Shown here piece by piece: positions 54,772 to 64,000 of a stretch of DNA of 64,000 nt. Made by a program: the position numbers and the translations under genes. Below the pieces are notes generated by a model. It was not told where the DNA came from, did no database searches, and saw only the letters and a list, made by a program, of their open reading frames with translations. Source of the stretch: Pelagomonas calceolata (Eukaryota); the NCBI GenBank assembly GCA_918797485.1, contig CAKKNE010000006.1, forward strand, positions 3,596,001 to 3,660,000. Direction: 5' to 3'. Each line of letters begins with the position of its first letter. Position 1 is the first letter of the stretch.

Positions 54772-57700
54772 TCAGAGGGCAATGATCTTCTGGCCCCGTT
54801 CACCGAGAGACGTCGCCGTCAGGAAGACGAAGTTGCCCGGGTAGGCCGTCAGTAGAGCCCGTAACGGTACGGACTTGACGGTCACCGGCAGCTTGTAGAC
54901 GCCGCGTAAATACGCTCTAATCTTGTGTAACGTCGAGGCCTTGGGAGCTTGCGCGCGCATACAGTCCAAGACGCACTTTATTATCGGCGCGTCATCCCTG
55001 GAACAGGGCCAGGCTTGCGTCGGCGCGTAGCCGTCGGCCGTTAAGAGCTCCAGTTGCCTTGCCACGCCTTCGGTAGGGGGCGCTGGAAATAAACCAGGAT
55101 CCTTCGGTATGAGAGATGACGGAGCCCCGGGCTGGATGTTCGGCTTCCCGATGGGCGCGTGCTCGATGGTGCGCGGCGGTTCTATGGTCGTAGTGGTCGG
55201 TCCTTGAGGACAAAAAGAAGGTGCTGCGGCTCGGAGTTCCCCGCCGCCCTGGTTGATGTCATCAGCGGTCGAATGTTCCAGGTAAACCACATCGTTCTTC
55301 GGCACCCAGAGTATTCTCACGTTCGCCATCTTTGACCTCCTATCGAGTTCTAAGAAGGTCAACAACCCGCCATGCGTCGCTTTGACCCTCGCTAGCGTGT
55401 CCATGCCCACGCGTTGGATCAAGGCATTTCCGAGATCGACAGCAGTCAAAGCCTTGTCCGAAGCGGTAGTCAATATATCGACCACATTCCTAATGACGTT
55501 CTCTTCATCAGCCGGTGAAGAGGGCTCCGTGACTTCGACTTTAACGGGGTGCGTGGGCTTCAGCGGTCTTGCATCTTCGGGTTGGGGCTTCGCCGCCTCG
55601 CCGCAGACCGACACGTGGTTCATGGGCCGGTCGTGGTGCATGCGAAAATGCGTCGGGAACCTTTCCAGCAAACCTCGTAACCCGTCAAAATTCGTCTTGA
55701 TCACCGCGTACGTCTCGGGATCTTCGGCCTTGCACACGTCGCCCAATCTTGCGGACTGGGCCTTGCCACCGAGCTGCCGGATGACTCGCGCGAGGAAATC
55801 AACGTACGGTTTTGCTGAACCGAGATCCGCACTTTCTTTCGCCTCGTCAAGAGCTCTCGTCACGTTTTGGAGGGAGAAGCTGTCGTTGGATGAAGACGGC
55901 GGCGGTAAGGAAGCTACGGCCGTTGTTAATCTCTTGGCGTCCTTCGCCTCGAGCCCTGCTTCGACCAGATCGTCGGCTTTGAGGAGTGGGAGGGTGTCCT
56001 CATCAATATCTTCGTTCGCGAGTAAGGGAGCTACCTGTTCTAATCCTATTCGTTTCACTAGAGCTTGTATACCACCCAATCGTCTTAATGTCTCGCCGAT
56101 GCCACCCCCGGCCAGTGATCGAGCTGTTTCTAGATCAGTAGGAGTATCTATCTCGACGCAGCCCATGCCCGTCACGTCGATCACCCGCATATCCAGTCGA
56201 TCATTATCGACCAATGACGCGTGGAAGGCGTCTTCGTAGTAGTCTTGATCAGAGGCGTTCTCCAGAAACAAATCTAACTGTGCCTCTCCAAATGACTCCC
56301 CAGTGATAGAGTACAACCCGACGCACTCGCCCTGGGCGTTTGGCGGCACCTGCTTGCCGATGGCGATGACCACATCATCATCAACATGGGCGCGCACCGC
56401 CTCGGCGTCGTCGCAAGAAAATTCTAGGGGAGAAGGCCTCGCAACCGCGGCACAGGTCCCCGGGAAGCGCGCGACGGCGTCGAAGGCGCCGTCTCCCACT
56501 AGCAAATCGCCATCAACTAATAAGAATCCGGTCTGTGCTAGAGCTGGTACCGCTCTCACCGCGCAAAGTAGACTCTTGGCCGTATTTGTATTACTATACT
56601 CCTCATTCGAAATGATGGCCGGCTTCGGTAGACCCACGGCAGCGCAGGCCTCCCTGCAATGGTCTGCGACTTTTTCACTTTCGTAGCCGACCACAACCAC
56701 CAAAGCTCGAACAGCATTTCTTTTAGCGTGTCGACACAACCGTTGGAAGATGGAGGCGCCGCCCACATCCACACAACACTTTGCGCCGAGTCCTAACCTA
56801 GAACCGATGCCCGCACATAACACCACGAGGTAGTCGGAAGCTCTAGGTACAGAGGGCGCCGGCGGCCACTGCGCCGCGAAGTACTGGGCGTGGTTCGCCG
56901 ACGTGCGTTGGTGCGTCGTCACGCGGACACCTAAGCCTGCTAGCGGGCCCTTGTCGACGTAAGTGGCCATGAAGCCCCCGGCGGGCGCTATCAAGGTATT
57001 GCGAGGTGGTAGGGGTACGAACAACCCCTCCGCCGACTCGCCGACGCCGATCCACCGTCGATAGCCCTTGGCGGCTAGTAGAGCATCCAACAAGGGCCCG
57101 TTCGTGTCATTCGCGCGGCCGCCCATGGATCCCGTATGGCCGAGCCCGAAAACACCCAACTCGACACCATTACTGGTACAAGCGTGTCTCAGTGATCGTT
57201 GAGGTCCACTGCCACCTAGATCGGCCTCCGCCGCTGCGACGGCCACGAACCGACAACCTCGTGCCTTGGCGGCTTCGACGCAAGCGTTCGCGTCGATCGA
57301 AGCGCCCCAGCCCACTTGGTATCTATATATAATAGCGTCGGCGAACTCCGACGACAAAGCTTCCCCTCTAGGCCCGTTCGACGCCACGAGGACCGCTTCC
57401 AAAGGAGGCGGTGGTATGCCTTCCTTCCGCGCTAGAATGGCGAGCTTCGTCTTCAAAACTGCCCTATCATGCGTCGACGACGAGCGACGACTGCGAGAGA
57501 AGGGCATGACGGGCTTGTAGTGTTCCTCGCGCAGCGGTTGTTTTCTTTTTACGGCAGAAACTTTATGCTCGGGCCCATGGGCGTCGGGCTCGACGTAGTA
57601 GACCTGTGTGGAAGTCAAATTTCGGGCGCCCCACGCCATCGACGCGATGCTGTCTCCGTAGCTGCGGCGGCTCGACGGCGTGGAGGTTCACGAAGATATC

Positions 57701-58551
57701 CTCACTCGATGCTTGATTTCCACACCGTAATAGACGGCCATGCAGTCCTCGCCGAAGGCTCGTACCACATAAGATAATGGTTTCGGCGGCATCGGTACGT
57801 TCTTGAGGGGCCCGAAGTTCGTATTGGTCCACGTGTCTTCATTTCGTAAAATCACTTCTCTCGGCCACCTTCGGATAGCCAACCCAGCACCTCCTCGTCG
57901 ATCGAGCTCGCCGAAGTGATACAAGGGCCACGCATCACTTGGTAACGAAGCGCAGAATTGCGTAGCTCTTTCTATTTCATCTGTGGCTTGCGGCTCGCCG
58001 TTTCGCTTTGTTGATACTGCTTTTCTCAGCTCATCAAGTGACGCGTACTCCACGAGTAAAAAGACGTCGACCCAGGCCTTTGGCGACGACTTGTGTCTAA
58101 TGCGGTCCCACGGTAAACCTTTTCTGCCACCCGCATCTTGGTAGTAGGCTCCCCTGATAGCTTTAAGAGCGCCTCTCGCTTTGCCCACATTCGGCCTTCC
58201 AACAATCGCAATATCGATATCGTCATCACAGAATAGAATCGACTCGGACCGAATGGCACCTAAGGCGCTGCCTCCGGTCAACGTCCACGGGACGTTGGCG
58301 CCTTCCAGGGCCTCTTGGACCCATCCAAGCAATTCATACAGGGCGTCGACCTCCTTGTTGCGCAACAAGACGGGCGCCGGGCCGCGTGCCGGCGGTCTCT
58401 GTCTACTCCGGTCGTAGGGGGGCGTCGGCGGCCGCTCCCTTCTGGAACGCTCCGGGGGCGCGGGTGCCTGCTCGGCGCTGCCGCGTTGGTACCCCCGGGG
58501 GGAGACGCGACCATCCGAGGCCCGCCCGGGGGGTGGGGGCGGCCTCCTCAT
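54772..58551 (-). CDS. LicD-family phosphotransferase + LicC-like NTP transferase + SAM + winged-helix-like repeats, ~1215 aa; complement join(54772..57603,57736..58551)
   Basis: GGSALGAIR...DDDIDIAI, VDVF, FGPL..P.P..Y...FG; VLCAGIGSRL..K, NTAKSL, LLVDGDL, YYEDAF, EIDTPTDL; SAM IGLEQVAPLLANEDID..TLPLL..DDL..AGL. Confidence 0.8.
57604..57735 (-). mobile_element. Introner family A, 132 nt, GT-AG, contains in-frame stop
   Basis: TSD gtctatta / gtctacta; cggtgtggaaatcaa...ttgacttccacacag. Confidence 0.92.
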
Positions 58552-58930
58552 GCTGTCTTCTGTCTGTGCGAGCGCGCGCGCCGCTGAGAGGCTGTGAGAG
58601 GCTCCCAGCGAGAGCTGGGCAGAGAGCAGTGAGGTCACAACCGGTGCCAGCAACTTGCGCCGCGGGCCTCAAATTTCAAAATGGCTGTCCGTGATAATTA
58701 CTGCGTACCAATAACCTCGGCTGGTGGCCGGCGCCCAAGAGTGGTCCTTGCTCGAGTGCTTTCTAGTGTCTTACCAGGACGCTAGCTCCGCACTCTTGCC
58801 TTTTCTGTCCCCAAGCTCCTCGATCAGCCGTCAAATTAATACAGCGCGGTGTCACAAAGCTTTAGAGAGACCACTCGTCCATCGCTACCGCAGCAAGAAG
58901 CGCTACAAGACCAGCTCACAGACAGGGGAC

Positions 58931-59848
58931 ATGGGGAACACATTTGGCTGTGCCCAGTGCGCGGGCGACGGAGAAGCTCCCGCGAACGCCGCGCCGACGC
59001 CGACGAGGAGGCCGCCCCCAAGGAGCATGAATTTGCCGACGCCGCCCGTCGTCCGGAGACCTCGCGGCGGCGGCGGCGGCACGTCGGCGCTGATGCCGCC
59101 CACGAGCCACCTGCAGTCGAACGACGCCGCCACGACACCGCCACGGACGCCGCCGCCGAGCACCCCCGAGCCGAAGCAGAAGCTCCTCTTAAAACGAGTG
59201 GGTTCGCCCGGGTCGCTGCGAGCGCTCCTGCGCGCCGACGCGGCGGCGCGGCGGCGCGCGCTCGGCCCCGACAACGCCGTCGAGGCGCCGGCGGGTTGCG
59301 AGGAGGATCTCTGGATCGACATTCATGTGGTGGAAGCGTTCAACGACCTGCACGCGCTGTGGGAGCAGGTCGGGCTGGACGAGAAGTGCCGGGCGAAGCT
59401 CGGCGCCAACCCGCCGACCGCCGGCGACCGCACGTACGCCTGGGACCCGGACTCGGACGACGACGACACGATCATGGCCTGGGATTTGCCTGCGGCGGAC
59501 TACGTCGCGCGAACGTTCGAGTCGTTTACGAGAGCGATTCGCGACCGGGCCGTGTTTCCGGAGCCAGATGGAGGAGCGTTCCCTGCGGGGTTCCGGCCGG
59601 GCGCGCGGAAGGCCTGCGGCCGGCTCCTGCGGTGCTGGATGCACCTCTACCACAACCACTTCTCGGCCGTGGCGGAGGCGGGCCGCGCGGACGGTGCGAA
59701 CGCGTGCTTCAAGCGCTTCCTGACGATCGCGCTGCGCTACGAGTTGGTGGACCGGGCCGAGCTGGCGCCGATCGAGGACCTCGCGCAAAGCCTCCTGGCG
59801 CCGCGGAGGACTGTGGACGCCAAGGCCCTCGCGGGCGAGGAGGGGTGA
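58931..59848 (+). CDS. MOB kinase activator (Mob1/phocein family) with N-terminal extension
   Basis: EDLWIDIHVVEAFN, PAADYV, RLLRCWMHLYHNHF, NACFKRF, ELAPIEDL. Confidence 0.85.
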   Translation: MGNTFGCAQCAGDGEAPANAAPTPTRRPPPRSMNLPTPPVVRRPRGGGGGTSALMPPTSHLQSNDAATTPPRTPPPSTPEPKQKLLLKRVGSPGSLRALLRADAAARRRALGPDNAVEAPAGCEEDLWIDIHVVEAFNDLHALWEQVGLDEKCRAKLGANPPTAGDRTYAWDPDSDDDDTIMAWDLPAADYVARTFESFTRAIRDRAVFPEPDGGAFPAGFRPGARKACGRLLRCWMHLYHNHFSAVAEAGRADGANACFKRFLTIALRYELVDRAELAPIEDLAQSLLAPRRTVDAKALAGEEG

Positions 59849-59878
59849 CGGTGCTGTAAGATTATGTTGTTACTCTGT

Positions 59879-60767
59879 TTAGGGGTGGCGCCAATCTCCG
59901 AGCCACGCGTACTCGACGACCCGGCAGAATAACTCTTTCGGCACGTCCGCGAAGCCGCTGAGGCTCCCAAAGAGCCGCGCGACGACTACGGTGGTCTCGG
60001 GCCCGTGACGCGCCCTCCCGCGCGCGAGCAGCGACCGCACGCGGAGCAACGCCATGTAGTCCTTCAGCACCCAGCGCTTGTAGCTATGGCCGGCGAGGCG
60101 CGTGCCCGCGAGGATCTTAGCAGTTTCGGCGTAGCTATTGGCTCTATCCAAGTCTCGACCGTCATCCATCCTTGTTAGCCTCACTGTGGGAGGCCCCTCT
60201 CTGGCTTCTGCTTGCTGTTTGTAGAACGCAGCACGTTCCTGGGCAAGCTCTTCGAGACTATTAATACCATAGGTGCTACTATCGAAACGAACAGTAGTGA
60301 GAACAACGCCCTTGGCCAATAGCATTCGCACGATACGCGGAGAACCCAGTGCTTCATATGGACGATGCCTGTGCAGCGCGTTCTTTCTGCATATTATCTG
60401 TGTTTCATCTACAATCCCGGAGGTCTCGGCGCCGCGAGCAAGGAGATATTCAACGCAATCAACACTAGCTCTTAATACTGCCCATATGAGCGCGGTGTAG
60501 CCTCCCACCCTAACGTTTACGTCCGCGCCGGCTTCGACGACGAGGCGCACGACGTCGAGTCGTTCCCTAGACGCAGCGGCCATGAGTAATGTCGATCCTG
60601 GGTTGTGGGAGACCCTTCTCCCCATCATAGCCCCAGCTGGAATCATGTCTTCGATTGCTTGCTCGATGCCCTCATGGGTTGCCACCTTGCTCTAGCCAGT
60701 TTTGGATAGCGGCGAGGGCCGCGAGGCCACCCCCCCGAGCAGCATTGAACACCTCGGGCGGGAGCAT
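59879..60767 (-). pseudogene. Ankyrin-repeat gene with an apparent frameshift near 60675
   Basis: TLLMAAAS...GADVN...YTALIWAV...CVEYLLARGA; upstream ATG 60767 frame reads MLPPEVFNAARGGGLAALAAIQNWLEQGGNP then TGA. Confidence 0.6.
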
Positions 60768-60986
60768 TCTCACGCGGATGCTAAACAGCCGCCGCGTCCA
60801 GGCGCCTGGTTAACCGAGTTGCAATATCCAGTAAACCCGTTTTTTTTAGCGTAGGGGGGCGCGCGTCGTAACTAACGCTAACCCTAGCGTGCTCGTTTCC
60901 GTCCTGCAAATGTAGAACAGAAATCACCGTCGTCACGCCTCCGTCGACCACGTACACCGCGGCGGTTGAAAGTATACCTATAAAAT

Positions 60987-62714
60987 TTAGTCCGAGTCGT
61001 CCTCCGCCGAGTCGTAGGCGCCGGGCGGCGGCAGCACGTCCCGGTTCAGCACGTCCAGCACGGACTCGATCTCCTGCAAGGCTTCCGCCTGGACCAGCCG
61101 CGCGTTTCTTCGCAAATCGCCCTCGGCCGCCCTAAACGGATTGTCCTTCGGTTTCGCTTGCGGCTTGTATTTCTGGCGCGGCAGCCTTTTTGACACAGAC
61201 GCCTGAGTCGCGCGCGCCGCGACCGGGACGTCGCCTCCCCTACGAGTTGGCGCCGCTTGCACATGCAAAGTGGCCGGGTGGTCCAGCGCGAACTTCAGGG
61301 CGCGCAACGCCGATTGGAGCTTCGCGGGATCCGACCGCCGCGCCGGCTCGATGGCGCGCGCGGCCAAGACGGCGGGTGCCACAATCGGATCCTCAGGCTC
61401 CTCGTAAATCTCGTCGGCCATGAGCGCCTCCTCGAGGGCGTCGTCGTCCTGCAAGGCCGTGACGAAGAAACTAGGGTCCTTGTCCGTTGTTGGTTGCGGA
61501 ACCTTCTTCTTCGTTCGCGGTTTCCTCCCGGCCTCTTTCTCCAACGCGTCCACCAGGGCCTGGTGGCCCTTTTCCCGGAACTGGGCCGCCGTCGGGATCG
61601 GCGCTTCCGCTATCCGTTGCACGCCGATCCTCTCGAAGCGCCGGTCGCACTTCGCGCCGGCGGCCGCGCCGGCCGTGCCGCGATTCGGACGTTTCCGGGG
61701 CACTTCTGTTGTGACATCTAAATGGCGCGCCGTCCAGCCGTCGCGCTGCTGCGTTGCCGTTTGTACTAGAGTTCTGACCGTTTCTCCTGTTGGATCTTCA
61801 CCAGTAGCGCCTAGCAACGGATTGCCATAGAGCGAGAGCTGCTCGAGCTTGGGCAATACCGTTAAGTCGTCGATGTCCTTCTCGCTGCGTATGTGGTTGT
61901 GGGCGAGATCCAACGCGACTAGTTCGGCGAGGATTTCCGTGTGATCTAGACTTGTGGCCTCGGCCATCGCGTCGATGGTCGGAGTGGATGTGACCTTGTT
62001 ATGTGCCAACGACAGTTCTCGCAATCGAGGACACTTCGCGAGACACGTCAGGGCGTCTCCTTGTAGTCGATTCCTCTCGAGGAACAGCTTTTCCAGCGAT
62101 TGGAAGTCCGAAAAGACGTCCGGCAGCTCTACTAGTCCATTTCCCGTGAGGTCCAAGTCTCGCAACCGCGGCATCGTCACGAGCTGACTAATTCCATCTA
62201 AAGTCGCGGTATTGTAGGACAAATCCAGTACTAAGAGACGGGGGAACCAGTCTTCACTGACTGAGCTACATACGGACCAACTATTCGCGGCAAACCTCAA
62301 ATCTTTGAGCCGAGGCAGGCTCCCAAAATCCTCCAAAGGCAATCGTGGATTATCGGACGCGTCGACCCAGCTCAGATTCGGGAAGTACTCGAGATCCGTG
62401 GAGGACACTTCCGTAGCATGCCTTCCCGAGACGTCCGCCCGATGCCCTTCGTCTGGAAACTCGACGCCACACGCATCCAGCAATAAAAATCCATCAATAA
62501 TCCGGGACTGGCCCCGCGTCAGCTGCGCCCGCAGTAGGTCCGCCTTTTTCCGCTTCCTGATCTCGTCGTCGACGTCAATAGAAACAACGCCCAGCCCGCG
62601 CGACGGTAATTTAGGCCTCTGTGTCTTGGCCTCGGCGCCGGGATCGACAAAGTTCATCTGGGGCAGCAGGTAGCGCGCGCGGCCCTCGGGCTTCTTGTAG
62701 GGCTTGAGCGGCAT
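60987..62714 (-). CDS. Leucine-rich repeat protein, XRRA1-like
   Basis: WVDASDN.LPLEDF..LPRLKDL, LDLSYN, LDLTGNGLVELP, LSLYGNPL; ATG 62714. Confidence 0.75.
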   Translation of the reverse strand: MPLKPYKKPEGRARYLLPQMNFVDPGAEAKTQRPKLPSRGLGVVSIDVDDEIRKRKKADLLRAQLTRGQSRIIDGFLLLDACGVEFPDEGHRADVSGRHATEVSSTDLEYFPNLSWVDASDNPRLPLEDFGSLPRLKDLRFAANSWSVCSSVSEDWFPRLLVLDLSYNTATLDGISQLVTMPRLRDLDLTGNGLVELPDVFSDFQSLEKLFLERNRLQGDALTCLAKCPRLRELSLAHNKVTSTPTIDAMAEATSLDHTEILAELVALDLAHNHIRSEKDIDDLTVLPKLEQLSLYGNPLLGATGEDPTGETVRTLVQTATQQRDGWTARHLDVTTEVPRKRPNRGTAGAAAGAKCDRRFERIGVQRIAEAPIPTAAQFREKGHQALVDALEKEAGRKPRTKKKVPQPTTDKDPSFFVTALQDDDALEEALMADEIYEEPEDPIVAPAVLAARAIEPARRSDPAKLQSALRALKFALDHPATLHVQAAPTRRGGDVPVAARATQASVSKRLPRQKYKPQAKPKDNPFRAAEGDLRRNARLVQAEALQEIESVLDVLNRDVLPPPGAYDSAEDDSD

Positions 62715-62981
62715 GGCTGCTGGTGAGGCTGCCCCTGGCCTTGTTTGTGGTGCTGCTGGCTCGTCGCAGGACGTCGGGGCAGCCGAGGGCCGCACGTATG
62801 CGTGCGCTGAGCCTTCTCTTGCGTCGGGCGGCGGTCGCTGGGCCGTCCGTCCCGGCCGAGACAAGCGCGCTGGGCTCGAGGGCTAGAGTGTTTTTTCCCA
62901 CTTGCCCCCAGCATACGAGCTTGTACGAGGACTCCTCCGGGGCCGCCGTTGCCACCGTGTGCTTCCGCCACATTAAGTAAA

Positions 62982-64000
62982 CTAGTATGACAGCGAACTA
63001 CAGACCGCGTCCAGCGCCCGCGAGCAGCCCTCGAGGAGCCCGAAGGCCGCCCGCGCGTCTCGATCGGCGCGCGCGAGGGCGCCGGAGTCGTCTCGTTTGC
63101 TAGGACGGAAGGTCGCGGCGACCGCCGGCCTGACGTCGACGCCCAGGAAACGCGACAGCTTCGTCGCGTTCGCGTAGGCGTCCGGGTACGGCGCGCAGAC
63201 GAGGAACCGCGGGTCGAGGCGCCGCAGCTGCGCCTCGAGGCGCCGGCATGACCGCGTCAGGGTGGCGATGCGCCCCGCCGTGAAGCCGTTGTAGGGGTCC
63301 CGGACGATGTCGCGCGGCCGCCGCGTCGCGACGATCACGCGAAGATCGAAGCCCGCGGCCTCCGTCGCCGCCGCGAGCCACGGCAGGTCCGGGTCCCACG
63401 TCGCCGGGGGCTGTGTGGAAATCAACCAGTGTGTCGGGTGCACAATTCTTCACTAAGTCATTCTCGGCGATGGCGCGGCCGTCCTAGTTCGGTCGAGCGG
63501 CGAGGAACCGGCATCGCCACGCCATCGAGCAGGCGTCGCGTCGATGGCGTGGAGGACGACGCGACGATTCAGGACAGACGCGCCGTAAAATTTTGATTTC
63601 CACACAGGCCGGGGCGGTCCCGCACGGGTAGGAGCAGCTCGGCAGGTGCAGCAGGACGTCGCCTTGCGTACGTGCCAGGTCCGCGCGGAGGGCCTTTTCT
63701 AGTTTCGCGTCGTCGGCGCAGGTCGTGGCGCGGTCTCCGACGTCGTACGCATCGTAGGCGTTGCGCCAGGGGCCCGGTTGCTTGAAGACGCCGTCGTGCC
63801 AGAGATGATGACCGGTATGCTCCAGACCGGCGACGTACGCGACGCGGCCCCGCGCGCCGGCCGCGAAGTGGCGCTTCTCAATTAATTCTCCCTCGTTGTA
63901 GTAAGTGCTGGCGCAGGGGAATGCCGCCCCTACGTCTTCGCGGGCCCGCTGCGAGCCTGGGCGCCGCAGGTCAGCGTTCGCGGCGCGCAGGAGTGCGTAG
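62982..64000 (-). CDS. Sulfotransferase-like P-loop protein, 5'-truncated; complement join(62982..63410,63616..64000)
   Basis: Upstream exon VAYVAGLEHTGHHLW and SYPCG; downstream DLRVIVATRRPRDIV; GC-AG intron joins in phase 0. Confidence 0.65.
63411..63615 (-). mobile_element. Introner family A, 205 nt, GC-AG
   Basis: TSD gccccggc / cccccggc; perfect 15-bp inverted ends ctgtgtggaaatcaa...ttgatttccacacag. Confidence 0.92.

Larger units (their letters stand above)
4893..58786. promoter_or_regulatory. Dispersed upstream element CTAGTGTCTTAC-(N)-CGCTAGC, 13 copies (span runs from first to last copy)
   Basis: 4893-4913, 9288-9310(rc), 15724-15746, 17951-17971, 32007-32029, 33285-33307(rc), 36636-36656, 39375-39397, 40629-40652, 41980-42002(rc), 47365-47385(rc), 50804-50825(rc), 58763-58786; all intergenic and 5' of genes. 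Confidence 0.7.

Noticed and set aside
60875..60890. CTAACCCTA as a telomere seed or telomerase RNA template
   Set aside because: Single 9-mer forming part of a small acgcta/tagcgt hairpin; no other supporting features
1..64000. Bacterial origin or operon interpretation with GTG/TTG starts
   Set aside because: Spliceosomal introns and eukaryote-specific genes (Elongin C, MOB, myotubularin, TFIIS); non-ATG starts were replaced by ATGs
1..64000. tRNA, rRNA or transposase genes
   Set aside because: None recognised by eye; tRNAscan-SE, Infernal and HMM searches would be needed to exclude them

Overview
Gene-dense, GC-rich eukaryotic nuclear DNA. Inferred source is a photosynthetic stramenopile, most likely a pelagophyte (Pelagomonas/Aureococcus-like). 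Support: signal-peptide plus AFAP-type plastid leaders, spliceosomal introns with GT and GC donors, and transposon-like introner introns. About 40 protein-coding genes are supported. They include PRIM2, a SMARCAL1-like helicase, myotubularin, Elongin C, TFIIS, stromal processing peptidase, an ATM1-like ABC transporter, MsrA, MsrB, COX16, MOB, an XRRA1-like protein and nuclear-encoded plastid rpl29 and rpl32. Several adjacent ORFs in the track are one gene split by an intron; joins were frame-checked by hand. Highlights: (1) at least 8 introns that are mini DNA-transposon-like elements (CTGTGTGGAA...TTCCACACAG inverted ends, 8-bp target-site duplication supplying the donor), inserted in both orientations, plus a second intron family. 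(2) A quasi-palindromic CTAGTGTCTTAC-(N)-CGCTAGC element upstream of genes at 13 places. (3) COX16 and an MFS transporter overlapping as TGATG, a candidate bicistronic unit. (4) A ~1215-aa LicD + LicC-like cytidylyltransferase + SAM + winged-helix fusion next to a HAD phosphatase and a lectin-glycosyltransferase. All family calls are from motif recognition; no database searches were run.
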